Origin: Luminiphilus sp.
Lineage (GTDB): Bacteria > Pseudomonadota > Gammaproteobacteria > Pseudomonadales > Halieaceae
Direction: 5' to 3'
NCBI GenBank assembly: GCA_964217615.1
Contig: CAXPKH010000068.1
Location: 319 to 64,318, forward strand
Length of the DNA: 64,000 nucleotides
Part shown: positions 9,037-18,037 of the stretch, one piece after another
How the letters are laid out: each line of letters begins with the position of its first letter
Position numbering within the stretch: position 1 is the stretch's first letter
The notes under the pieces: model-generated
What the model saw: the letters and a program-made list of their open reading frames with translations, nothing else
Database searches by the model: none
Told to the model about the DNA's origin: nothing
Position numbers and translations under genes: made by a program

Positions 9037-10161
9037 ATGAGCAACGGTGATCTCGATGCCCTGCGCAAGGCGTTTTCCCGTGATCTGATGCAGGTCTACG
9101 TGCGACTGGCGCTTTTGCTGGCAGTGGTTTGGTTTTCGATCCTGACGTTCGCGCCATTTCTGCCGCTCATACTGTGGTCGCTAATTCTTGCCGTATCCCT
9201 CAATCCCGTGAACCAGTGGCTATCTGCCCGTCTGCATATCGGTGAGGGTAAGTCGGCCGCCGTGTTTGTCGTGCTGGGATTGATCATCATTGGCGTGCCA
9301 ACGGTATTACTCGGGGTGTCTTCCGCCGAGCACTTGCGGGAGTGGATTGCTTTATTGAGCGATCAGGACTTTGTGATTCCTGAAGCGAATCCTCAAGTCG
9401 CCACGTGGCCCTTGGTGGGCCCCGCGCTGTATGAGATATGGCAGAGCGCCCACGAGGATTTGATATCGGCCGCTAAAATCGTCCAACCGCAGTTACTGAC
9501 AGGCGGAAAGGTGCTGCTCAGCGCGATCGCCAATACGCTTCTGGCTCTCGTGCTCTTCTTTGTCGCTTTGGTGATCGCGGGCTTTTTGATGGGGCACGGA
9601 GAAAAGGGAGCGAATCAGGCCCGGAGAATGCTGGGAACCTTTGCGGACGCCGAGCGGGGAGAGGAGATTCAGGAGCTGGTTGTCGCGACCGTAAGATCGG
9701 TTTCCAATGGGGTGGTTGGCGTGGCCTTTTTACAGGCGTTGGCGCTTGGTGTCGGATTCCTTGCGCTGGGCGTGCCCGCGGCGGGTGTTCTCGCCTTGCT
9801 CGTTTTGTTCCTCGGAGTCTTGCAGTTACCCAGTTCGTTGGTGGTGCTTCCGGTACTTGCCTGGATCTGGCTGGCCAGCGGCATCCCGACGGTTATGGCG
9901 GTGTTGGGATCCATCTATCTGGTAGCGGCCGGTTTGGCCGACGGGGTACTCAAGCCCTACCTGCTCGGGCGAGGGGTCGAGACCCCTATGCCAATCGTGT
10001 TGATCGGTGCGCTTGGGGGCATGGCGGCCGAAGGCTTGATAGGGCTGTTTGTCGGTGCCGTTACGCTGTCGGTGGGCTATAAGTTGCTGATGTCATGGGT
10101 CGACCACAGCGTATCCGAGCATAACGCGTCGGAGACGACAACGCCGGCTTCAGAAGGGTGA
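9037..10161 (+). CDS. AI-2E family (PerM-like) transporter
   Basis: Multi-TM hydrophobic protein with DGVLKPYLLGRG and GALGG...GLIGLFVG motifs. Confidence 0.85.
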   Translation: MSNGDLDALRKAFSRDLMQVYVRLALLLAVVWFSILTFAPFLPLILWSLILAVSLNPVNQWLSARLHIGEGKSAAVFVVLGLIIIGVPTVLLGVSSAEHLREWIALLSDQDFVIPEANPQVATWPLVGPALYEIWQSAHEDLISAAKIVQPQLLTGGKVLLSAIANTLLALVLFFVALVIAGFLMGHGEKGANQARRMLGTFADAERGEEIQELVVATVRSVSNGVVGVAFLQALALGVGFLALGVPAAGVLALLVLFLGVLQLPSSLVVLPVLAWIWLASGIPTVMAVLGSIYLVAAGLADGVLKPYLLGRGVETPMPIVLIGALGGMAAEGLIGLFVGAVTLSVGYKLLMSWVDHSVSEHNASETTTPASEG

Positions 10162-10240
10162 GAAGGGCGGGTGCGCGGCATGGTCCGCTAGTGCGCTACT
10201 GGCGTATTGCTGAAATTACTGCCTGATCCCCGAGAAGACG

Positions 10241-12037
10241 ATGAATATCACTGCGCTGAATAGAGTGATCGCAACCTTGCTGTTGGTTGCGCTGACCGCC
10301 TGTGTTGCCACGGACCGTGAGACGGAGGCGCCCATTGTGGTGCAGACCAGCACAGGTCAGGTGACGGCGGAGAGAGTTGCCGAGGACGCGCTCGTTTACC
10401 GGGACATTCCGTTTGCCAAGCCACCGGTTGGGAAGCTGCGTTGGGCCGCGCCCGAGCCGCTTGCGAATCCTGAACAAGCTATTCGTGCGCTTCCTACACC
10501 TGTCATGTGTCCCCAACCTCAGAGTATGGCCTCGGGTATCGACGGAGGTGAGTATCATGGATCCGAGGATTGCCTCTATCTGGATATCTACAGTCCGGGT
10601 GAGGTCTCCTCTGCGGGTCCGGCGCCGGTGATGCTATGGATTCATGGTGGGAGCAACCTGACGGGACACAAGGGCACCTATGACTTCTCGCGCTTTGCGG
10701 CACGTCAGGGGGTCGTGGTCGTCGTTATCAATTATCGATTAGGTCCGTTTGGTTGGTTTGTTCATCCCGCGATCCAAGGGCCGGATCTCGATACGTTACC
10801 CCTCGCTAATTTCGGCACGCTGGATATGATCGAAGCGTTGCGTTGGACGCAACGCAACATCGACCAGTTTGGCGGTGACAAAAACAATGTCACGATTTTC
10901 GGCGAGAGTGCCGGCGGCCGGAACGTATACAGCTTGCTTGCATCACCCCTCACCGGAGGGTTGTTCCACAAGGCTATAGCGCAGTCGGGACATATCAGAA
11001 GTTTTTCCCCTGCGCAGGCCTATAACGCCGATCGGACATTTGCTCATATGGATCGGGGTAGCTGGGAAGTGGTCAATGCGCTCGGTCTAAAAAATGATCA
11101 GGTCGATGCCGCAACCGTTCGGGCCGTGGACACTTTAGATCTGCTGCGCGCCTATTATGAGCTCGATGAGGACCACGCGCAGCCCGCGGTGATCAACGAT
11201 GGCGTGGTCATTCCTGCTGCAGGATTATTGCCAGCGCTGGGAGATCCGCACTATGCGAAGAACATCCCGGTGATGGCGGGCACGACCCGGGATGAAATCA
11301 CCCTCTGGTTGGGCTTGAACCGATATTATGTGGATGTCAGTTACCCTCTCACGCGGCTGCTGCCCGCCAAGTTAAGCATTAAGAATCCCGAGCTCTATCG
11401 ATTCTGGGTGGACATGCGTTCTCGGGGCTGGAAGCTCAGTGCCGTTGATGACCCCTTTTTTGCCATGCAGCAGGCGGGTTACACGCAGCTCTATGCCTAC
11501 CGTTACGACTGGGATGAGCAGTCTGATAATTTTCTGGTGACATTTTCAGAGATTCTGGGGGCATCACACGCCAGTGAAATTGCTTTTATTATGGGTGCGC
11601 CCATGTACGGCGCGATTGGCAGTTTCATGTATCCCGATACCGCATCGGCGAGAGAAATGACCGACATCATGATGGGTGCATGGGGCGCTTTTGCCAGAGA
11701 AGGGGAGCCAGCGTTACCTCGGGGTCTGACTTGGCCCCGCTATGAGTCGGCGCATCCAACTTTCGTCACCTTGGATGTGGGGGAGGCGCTCGGCGTCAGC
11801 GATGATGTACCTGATCGGGACGAATTGCTTGATCGAGTTGCCGCCAGTGCTGTTGTCACTGAGCTCGAGCGTTGCTTGTTGGCGTGGGAAATGTTCACGG
11901 CGGTGGGCGATCCCGATTATGGTGTCTACGCGGAATGGCAGGATGGTCGGTGCGCTACCGTAGACGCGGTGGCAGAGAAACGTCGGATTCAGGAAGATCT
12001 GAAAGCCAAATACGGCAGCGTTTACTACCCCGAGTGA
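10241..12037 (+). CDS. Carboxylesterase type B, probable lipoprotein
   Basis: Lipobox LTAC after a signal peptide; IPFAKPPVG.LRW, SEDCLYL, WIHGGS, NYRLG, GESAGG nucleophile, HASEI. Confidence 0.88.
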   Translation: MNITALNRVIATLLLVALTACVATDRETEAPIVVQTSTGQVTAERVAEDALVYRDIPFAKPPVGKLRWAAPEPLANPEQAIRALPTPVMCPQPQSMASGIDGGEYHGSEDCLYLDIYSPGEVSSAGPAPVMLWIHGGSNLTGHKGTYDFSRFAARQGVVVVVINYRLGPFGWFVHPAIQGPDLDTLPLANFGTLDMIEALRWTQRNIDQFGGDKNNVTIFGESAGGRNVYSLLASPLTGGLFHKAIAQSGHIRSFSPAQAYNADRTFAHMDRGSWEVVNALGLKNDQVDAATVRAVDTLDLLRAYYELDEDHAQPAVINDGVVIPAAGLLPALGDPHYAKNIPVMAGTTRDEITLWLGLNRYYVDVSYPLTRLLPAKLSIKNPELYRFWVDMRSRGWKLSAVDDPFFAMQQAGYTQLYAYRYDWDEQSDNFLVTFSEILGASHASEIAFIMGAPMYGAIGSFMYPDTASAREMTDIMMGAWGAFAREGEPALPRGLTWPRYESAHPTFVTLDVGEALGVSDDVPDRDELLDRVAASAVVTELERCLLAWEMFTAVGDPDYGVYAEWQDGRCATVDAVAEKRRIQEDLKAKYGSVYYPE

Positions 12038-12065
12038 GCCCGTCTTGGGAAGGGGAGACCTGAGT

Positions 12066-12665
12066 ATGGTGCAAGTGATTGCGATCTCAGGTGCCTCGAG
12101 TAGTGGAAAGTCCACGCTGGCTGCCGCGCTGGTGAGCGCCATCGGGGACGAACTGGCTGAGATACTGCCGCTCGATGCGTACTACCATGACTTAGCCCAC
12201 CTAGCGCCTGCGGATCGCGAGGCGGTTAATTTTGATCACCCCGACGCACTTGATTTGGCGCTTTTTAGAGAGCATTTGGTCGCGCTGAAGTCGGGAGCAG
12301 CGGTGCAGCGCCCGGACTATGACTTCGCCCTTCACTGCCGAAGACCAGAGTCGGTTAGGGTTGTGCCCCGACCCTATCTGGTTGTGGAAGGTATCCTTGT
12401 GACGTCCGACCCGGGCTTGAGGGCGGTCTATGACGCGCAGGTTTTCGTCGACGCGGTGTCCTCGCTGCGCTGGGAGAGACGACTGGCTCGTGATCAGGCA
12501 GAGCGCGGTCGGACCGTGGCCTCGATTGGCGACTTTTGGGAGCGTGCTGAGCAGGCGTTTCGTCAGTTTGGGGGGGTCGCTCGACAGCATGCGGACTGTG
12601 TCGTCTCGGGCGAAATCTCTGTCGAGGAGAGCGTGCAGACCGTTTTACGATGTCTGAGGACATGA
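12066..12665 (+). CDS. udk: Uridine kinase family protein
   Basis: Walker A GASSSGKS, DAYY, NFDHPDA, VVEGIL, RRLARDQAERGR. Confidence 0.8.
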   Translation: MVQVIAISGASSSGKSTLAAALVSAIGDELAEILPLDAYYHDLAHLAPADREAVNFDHPDALDLALFREHLVALKSGAAVQRPDYDFALHCRRPESVRVVPRPYLVVEGILVTSDPGLRAVYDAQVFVDAVSSLRWERRLARDQAERGRTVASIGDFWERAEQAFRQFGGVARQHADCVVSGEISVEESVQTVLRCLRT

Positions 12666-12716
12666 CGGAGTTGTAATGCGAGCAGGCGTTCCGGATCAGC
12701 GCATCAGGGAAAAACG

Positions 12717-13007
12717 CTACGACTCACGTTGTTTGGCCACCCATTCAAAGTGACGTGCGAGCGTCTCATCCGCGAGTAGTGCCTCCGCGTTGTTGTACTG
12801 TGTGGCCAGTGTCATCTCGTCGTACTGACGATGGATGCCACGATGACATAAGCGACACACAGCGATGCCTCCCTGCAATGCGGTTTTGTCGAAGTGTTTT
12901 CTGAAGCGCGCGCGCCGATGCACCTTTTTCGGAATCAGGTGGTGAAACGTCAGCGGCACCTCACGCCGACAGCAGTAGCAAGTGCGGGCGTTTTCGAAGC
13001 GCGTCAA
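12717..13007 (-). CDS. Small HNH-like / Zn-binding protein (YisB-like)
   Basis: CYCC...LTFHHLIPK...CRLCHRGIH. TTG start overlaps the GPx TGA (TTGA). Confidence 0.7.
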   Translation of the reverse strand: MTRFENARTCYCCRREVPLTFHHLIPKKVHRRARFRKHFDKTALQGGIAVCRLCHRGIHRQYDEMTLATQYNNAEALLADETLARHFEWVAKQRES

Positions 13008-13555
13008 CTTTGGGGCGATGGTAGGGCTTTTTCTATTGCGGCGGTCATCTCCTCGTCGTCTGGCCTAACACCGCTACCAAAATGTTCGATCACCTCACCG
13101 CTGGGCGAAACCAGGTATTTGTTGAAATTCCAGCGAGGGTAGCCTGCGGCTTCGCCGAGTCCGCGGAATACTGGGTTCGCGTCTCCACCTCTGACCGCAG
13201 AGGTCGCCATTACAGGAAAAGACACGCTGTATTTTTCGAAGCAGACTTCGGCGGCATCACCCTCATCGTTGTCTTCTTGAAAAAAGTCATCGCTCGAGAA
13301 ACCGAGAACAGCCAGGCCTCGGCTCTGGTAGGTTTGGTGGAGCTGCTCCAGGCCCTCAAATTGCGGGGTATAGCCACAATAACTGGCCGTGTTCACGATG
13401 AGCAGCGCCTTGCCCTCGTAGGCCTCACAAAACTGAATATTCTCGGTAGACCCCAGCTGCCGCATGGAGTGATTCAGGAAGTCCGGGCACGCTGCCAACA
13501 GTCTTGTCGAGAAGATGCAGCTCAGCAATGCCGCAAGCATGGGTAATGTTTTCAT
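13004..13555 (-). CDS. Cys-type glutathione peroxidase family protein with N-terminal signal peptide
   Basis: VNTASYCGYTPQF, LGFSSDDFFQE, PRWNFNKYLV. True start is probably ATG 13555 (MKTLPMLAALLS...), not 13807. Confidence 0.9.
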   Translation of the reverse strand: MKTLPMLAALLSCIFSTRLLAACPDFLNHSMRQLGSTENIQFCEAYEGKALLIVNTASYCGYTPQFEGLEQLHQTYQSRGLAVLGFSSDDFFQEDNDEGDAAEVCFEKYSVSFPVMATSAVRGGDANPVFRGLGEAAGYPRWNFNKYLVSPSGEVIEHFGSGVRPDDEEMTAAIEKALPSPQS

Positions 13556-13595
13556 GATTCGCCTGCTCGTTAGAAGTCGACCGTTTTTACGCGGG

Positions 13596-14558
13596 CTATA
13601 GCGATCCAGATGAACGCGCGCGGATTGTCTGTGAGATCGGCTCAATAAACGCCTCGATAGTTTCGCGGGTCCACTCCGGATGACAGGGAAGTGCCGCCAC
13701 GTGGCTACCCCAGTCACCTTTGCCAGCGAGGCAGGGTGCACTGGCGTCAATCGCGGGTACCCGGTGTAGTTGCACGCTGGGATTACGGCGCTGCAGTTGT
13801 TCGGCAAAGGGAGAGCGGGTCACGGGGTCATCCCAGTCTTGCATCAGCAGGATAGGTAACGTGAGTGAGGTGGCGAGGTTGAGTGGGCTCTGATCCCCGT
13901 GGGGGAGATCGAAGTGCCAAACGGCAATTTGGGCAGCCAGAGAAAAGAGGGGTGCGGGGATGCCCGTAGTCACCTGTGCGCCATGCTTTAGGCTGTCCGG
14001 CACATCAAGCTGCGGATCCAACAAAATAAGCCCATCTGCCTGTAAGCCGTTATCAAGGGCGTGTATGACAGCGCTCCCACCCATTGAAGCTCCCAGCAGG
14101 AAACGTGGCAAGGCGCTCGGCGCATGGGCGTCTAACCAGTGAGCCGCCGCAAGAACATCGCGCCACTCTGCCAACCCCATACACAGAAGCCCGTCTGTGA
14201 CCGGCGAGTTACCATGATTTCTGAGATCCATGGTGATCACTGAAATATTTAATTCGTTAAGCGTTTTGTAAAAATCGAGAGAGCCGATATAGCGAGAGAT
14301 TCGATTCGAACCGGCGCCATGAACAAAAATTAATTCTGCGACCGGCCGTTCAGCAGGAATCCACCAGCCCGCCAGTGACACGGCATCGCTGGCTATCACA
14401 ATTTCCTGAAACGGCAAGTCTCTGCTCGCCGGGCTCGTATCTACGGGGTAGGGAGCGGTCTGCACCATGTACGAGAATCCCGTGATCAAAGACCCTAGGA
14501 GCCAGAGCAGCACGAGGATGACCGCAAATTGCGCGGTCCGGCGGCGTATCGGCATCAT
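13596..14558 (-). CDS. Membrane-anchored alpha/beta hydrolase
   Basis: N-terminal TM helix, LAGWWIP, FVHGAG, DLRNHGNS, GASMGG nucleophile, DDPVT acid, GSH histidine. Confidence 0.82.
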   Translation of the reverse strand: MMPIRRRTAQFAVILVLLWLLGSLITGFSYMVQTAPYPVDTSPASRDLPFQEIVIASDAVSLAGWWIPAERPVAELIFVHGAGSNRISRYIGSLDFYKTLNELNISVITMDLRNHGNSPVTDGLLCMGLAEWRDVLAAAHWLDAHAPSALPRFLLGASMGGSAVIHALDNGLQADGLILLDPQLDVPDSLKHGAQVTTGIPAPLFSLAAQIAVWHFDLPHGDQSPLNLATSLTLPILLMQDWDDPVTRSPFAEQLQRRNPSVQLHRVPAIDASAPCLAGKGDWGSHVAALPCHPEWTRETIEAFIEPISQTIRARSSGSL

Positions 14559-14574
14559 TGAGGACTATGCTCGA

Positions 14575-15441
14575 TCAGATAGAGAGTAAACGCCGGAACC
14601 ATCCGTCCTGATGCCGTTCTTGCTCACGCAGGAGCAAAAGGTTGACAATTTCTGCTTCAATGGCCTTGGCAATTTTCCGTCGCAGCGTTCCCAGTTGCCG
14701 AGCGTTCAAGGGTTTCCCTTGGTGTTGAGCCAGCGAGATGGGTTTGCCGATCGAGAAATAAGTGGTTTTGGGCTTGGGCAGTAGGCTTCCCCATACACCC
14801 GTGGGGATCGGCGGTACCAAGTCGGCGCGAATGTCTGCAGGGACAATCCCGAGTTTCGTTAGATATTTTACCAAGGGTGAATGCAATAACGCCTCTGATG
14901 ACAGGGCATGATCATAGTATTCATCTGGACCCACGGAGGCGATGGGCACAATGGTATAGCCAGCAGCCGCGGCTAGCCTCACGAAGCCGTAGCGTGATTT
15001 CCATTGGAGTTGGTAGCGTGCCTCAGGTGGCTTGATCGATTCGTAGGCGCCCCCCGGATACAGCAAGAGGTCCTTCCCTCGGGCCATCAGGCGCTCAACG
15101 ATTTGCGCCTGCCCAGATACGCCACCCATGGCGTGTGCAACCGCTGCGTAGTACGCGTTGGCAAACAGGCTCTTGTCGCCCAGGCCTTTGACATAACGAC
15201 CATGATCGTAATACAGGTAAAGATGAAAAAGCGCCGCGTCGATCGCCATAAAGGCGTGATTGCCGATGAACAAGGCAGGCCCATCGGGTAGGTTCTCGAG
15301 CCCCACGAATCGCGGCTTGAACCAGGCGCGGGCCAACCCTGCCGCCGCCGAGACCTGTGCGCCGATGGGCATCGTGAACTGCTCGATATAATCGATATAG
15401 CCGTCGGGATCGGCGTTCGGGCAAGGCGCGTGCTGAACCAT
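14575..15441 (-). CDS. Lysophospholipid/DGAT2-like acyltransferase
   Basis: GLENLP.GPALFIGNHAFMAID, LLYPGGAYE, W..RYGFVRLA...GYTIVP..SVG. Confidence 0.82.
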   Translation of the reverse strand: MVQHAPCPNADPDGYIDYIEQFTMPIGAQVSAAAGLARAWFKPRFVGLENLPDGPALFIGNHAFMAIDAALFHLYLYYDHGRYVKGLGDKSLFANAYYAAVAHAMGGVSGQAQIVERLMARGKDLLLYPGGAYESIKPPEARYQLQWKSRYGFVRLAAAAGYTIVPIASVGPDEYYDHALSSEALLHSPLVKYLTKLGIVPADIRADLVPPIPTGVWGSLLPKPKTTYFSIGKPISLAQHQGKPLNARQLGTLRRKIAKAIEAEIVNLLLLREQERHQDGWFRRLLSI

Positions 15442-15541
15442 CGCGGTTTCCTGTCAAAGAGCCGAAAGCTTAGCAAAACTTCAGCGCCATTTTAGTGGCA
15501 CTATTGCCTGCAAGCTTCTTCTGCGAACGTCTTTGCGCGGT

Positions 15542-16426
15542 ATGTTCCAGTCACTTCCAAAACACGGGCTTTTACTCGGCTATCTCGTCCTCGTTTGGGG
15601 TTTCGCCTTTGCGCTCATTGCGATTGCTCTCGAGGCCACCCATCCGGTTTTTATCGTCTGGAGTCGCTTGTGGATGGGGGCGGTGGTCATGTGGGCTGTG
15701 TGGCGCTGGAGCGGAAAGTCTTGGCACTTGGGTCGGGAGTGGTGGCCTCGCCTAGGTCTGCTGAGTTTGTCAGGCAATATTGTGCCTTTCACGCTTATCG
15801 CCTGGGCCGAGCAAAGGGTTCCATCGGCAGAAGTGGGCATTCTCATGGCGCTGATGCCCATTGCAACACTGCTGCTGGCGCATTGGTTGCTGGATGACGA
15901 GCCGCTTTCTGCCTCCCGCTTGGCGGGAGTGCTGGCGGGTTTTATCGGAGTGGCTTTGCTGGTGGGCGAAGATCTTCTGAGTGCGGGAGGAGGGCAATTA
16001 TCGGGCCAGCTCGCAACGCTGTTGGCGACCTTGAGTTATGCCTTTAATGGCGTTTACGCCAAACGACTCCCCGCGGCGGATCCAGTGGCGTTGTCTCTGG
16101 GAACGCTGTTTATCGGCGCGCTATTTTTGGCGGTTCCCGCGATAGTCCTACAAGCCACTCATCACGGCTGGTCGATTCCCCTGCTAAGTTGGGTGCCCGT
16201 CGTGGTGTTGGGTGTGATGGGGACGGGGCTTGCGACATGGAGCTACTTCGTTGTGGTATCAGAGCGTGGCCCAGGATATTTGTCGACGATTAATTACCTC
16301 ATACCCGCGGTGGCCTTTTTCGCGGGTACCGTGTGGTTGTCGGAGCCCTGGTCGGCGCGACATGTCATTGCGTTGGTGCTAATACTCGTGGGTGTCGGGT
16401 TAATTCAGTCACGCCAGCGCCATTAA
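15542..16426 (+). CDS. EamA/DMT family transporter
   Basis: About ten TM helices in two repeats; WGFAF, PFTLIAWAEQ, NYLIP. Confidence 0.88.
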   Translation: MFQSLPKHGLLLGYLVLVWGFAFALIAIALEATHPVFIVWSRLWMGAVVMWAVWRWSGKSWHLGREWWPRLGLLSLSGNIVPFTLIAWAEQRVPSAEVGILMALMPIATLLLAHWLLDDEPLSASRLAGVLAGFIGVALLVGEDLLSAGGGQLSGQLATLLATLSYAFNGVYAKRLPAADPVALSLGTLFIGALFLAVPAIVLQATHHGWSIPLLSWVPVVVLGVMGTGLATWSYFVVVSERGPGYLSTINYLIPAVAFFAGTVWLSEPWSARHVIALVLILVGVGLIQSRQRH

Positions 16427-16477
16427 GCGTCGAGGATTAGCCGGCTGGCTGGGAATAGGCCCTTACCTCCCTGTGAG

Positions 16478-17332
16478 TCAACAGAGCTCGAATCGCTCAC
16501 GCAGAAAATGCGCCACGCCGTCCTCGTCGTGGTGCCCGATGATTTGGTCTGCGGCGTCCAAGATGATGGGGTCTGCGTTTTGGGGGGCGTAACGTTCATC
16601 CGCGCACTCAAACATGCTGAGGTCATTGTCACCGTCCCCGAACGCGATCACGTGGTCTATCTCCAGCTCGGATCGGAGGCGGTTGATGGCGTTGCCTTTG
16701 CTACCCATGCTGTGGTGAATGTCGATCCAGTGAAGCGCGGAATCGCTTGTTGAGCGGGCTCCCATTTCTGGCTCGTGTATGGCAATACCCGAGTAGGCGA
16801 CCAAATGCGGTTCCCCCGAGATGCTGGCTCGAACCCGGTCCACCGCCTTGCCGCTACCCAATGAGAATACGTTGATAACGCTGACCTCGTCCGGGAGGGC
16901 GCTTAGGGGCTCCAGTGGCAGACTGCGCTCTGCCTCGAACAGCTCTGCCAGCTTTTCTTCGCTGCGATTTCTCAAGGGGCCATGGTACAGCGCGTGCCTG
17001 TGTCCATCGTGAAGCGCAAAGACAAAGGGAGTCAGTTCATTCAGCGTGAAGGCAGCCAAGGCATGCCACATTTCCTGCCGCGTGAGCAGGTGATGATGGC
17101 TATAGCGGGCTTCGTCTGGTGACCAGATGATGGCGCCGTTTTTGAGAATCATGGGCAGCACGAAATGGTGTTTTTCGAGTGGACCCATGGCCGCCTGCAG
17201 GGTCCTGCCGGTTGCGACCGTATAGCTTATGTTCCGCGCCCGCAGCATCGCGAGCGTATCCGCGGTAAAGGACGAGATGCGTGACTGTTTATTCAGCAAC
17301 GTCCCGTCCATATCAAAAACCACCAAGGTCAC
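16478..17332 (-). CDS. Cof-type HAD-IIB hydrolase
   Basis: FDMDGTLL, ATGR, NGA, SKG, AFGDGDNDLSMF, DEDGVA. Confidence 0.9.
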   Translation of the reverse strand: MTLVVFDMDGTLLNKQSRISSFTADTLAMLRARNISYTVATGRTLQAAMGPLEKHHFVLPMILKNGAIIWSPDEARYSHHHLLTRQEMWHALAAFTLNELTPFVFALHDGHRHALYHGPLRNRSEEKLAELFEAERSLPLEPLSALPDEVSVINVFSLGSGKAVDRVRASISGEPHLVAYSGIAIHEPEMGARSTSDSALHWIDIHHSMGSKGNAINRLRSELEIDHVIAFGDGDNDLSMFECADERYAPQNADPIILDAADQIIGHHDEDGVAHFLRERFELC

Positions 17333-17381
17333 GTCGGGTTTACCCTGTCATTCCAAGCGGTGCGCTCGCCCATGATCTGAA

Positions 17382-17978
17382 TCAATGCTCTGTGACGATC
17401 AAATCGGCAGTGAGGGATTCCTTGATGGCGCCAGCGACCTCGTGGCGTGCTACCTGGTAACTGGGATGGTCGATGCCCGCATAGAGGGGAGCGCCATCTT
17501 TGAGCGCATTGATTTGCTCGGGACTCACTTCAAACCTTAGAAAATGCACTGAGGCGGTTTTGTCGGCGGTCGTCCTGTCGAGATCCTCATCCGCGATCGG
17601 GACAATGCGGTCAAGATCCCCAACCTGTAGCCATACCTGATCCTCGATGCCGATCATCTCCCCCAAACGAATGGCGCGTTGCGCCGGGTCAGGGATCTCG
17701 ATCATGAAGGTCGCTTTCCAGTTATGGCCGTCCGGGATCAGAGGGTTATAGGCGCTGAGCTCTTCCTCGATACCTTCCGGCTCAAACACGCGCTCGATAC
17801 GGAGCATTTCCTGGATTTGATAGCGAATGGTGGTGGCGTCTTCGAAGTACAAACGCGCATGCTCGCCCAGCGCCAGCTGGCGATTTTTCTTGTGCGCCAT
17901 AACTTCGGCGCGAAAGTCTGCGCGTCGTGTCGCATACTCCTCTAAGCTCCAGAGGTCGCTTCTCGTGAGTTGTGTCAT
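17382..17978 (-). CDS. DUF3501 family protein
   Basis: FEDATTIRYQIQEMLRIE, YNPLIP, WKATFMIE, KTASVHFLRF, IDHPSY. Sits next to rubrerythrin and the FeS oxidoreductase, as is typical for this family. Confidence 0.85.
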   Translation of the reverse strand: MTQLTRSDLWSLEEYATRRADFRAEVMAHKKNRQLALGEHARLYFEDATTIRYQIQEMLRIERVFEPEGIEEELSAYNPLIPDGHNWKATFMIEIPDPAQRAIRLGEMIGIEDQVWLQVGDLDRIVPIADEDLDRTTADKTASVHFLRFEVSPEQINALKDGAPLYAGIDHPSYQVARHEVAGAIKESLTADLIVTEH

Positions 17979-18037
17979 GTTGATCTCCTTGAGTTCTCTC
18001 TATGCGCTGGATCTCACTGGGTCGAGCGCAGAAATAG

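Noticed and set aside
13360-13395. Possible selenocysteine in the GPx active site
   Set aside because: The codon is TGT (Cys); there is no in-frame TGA.
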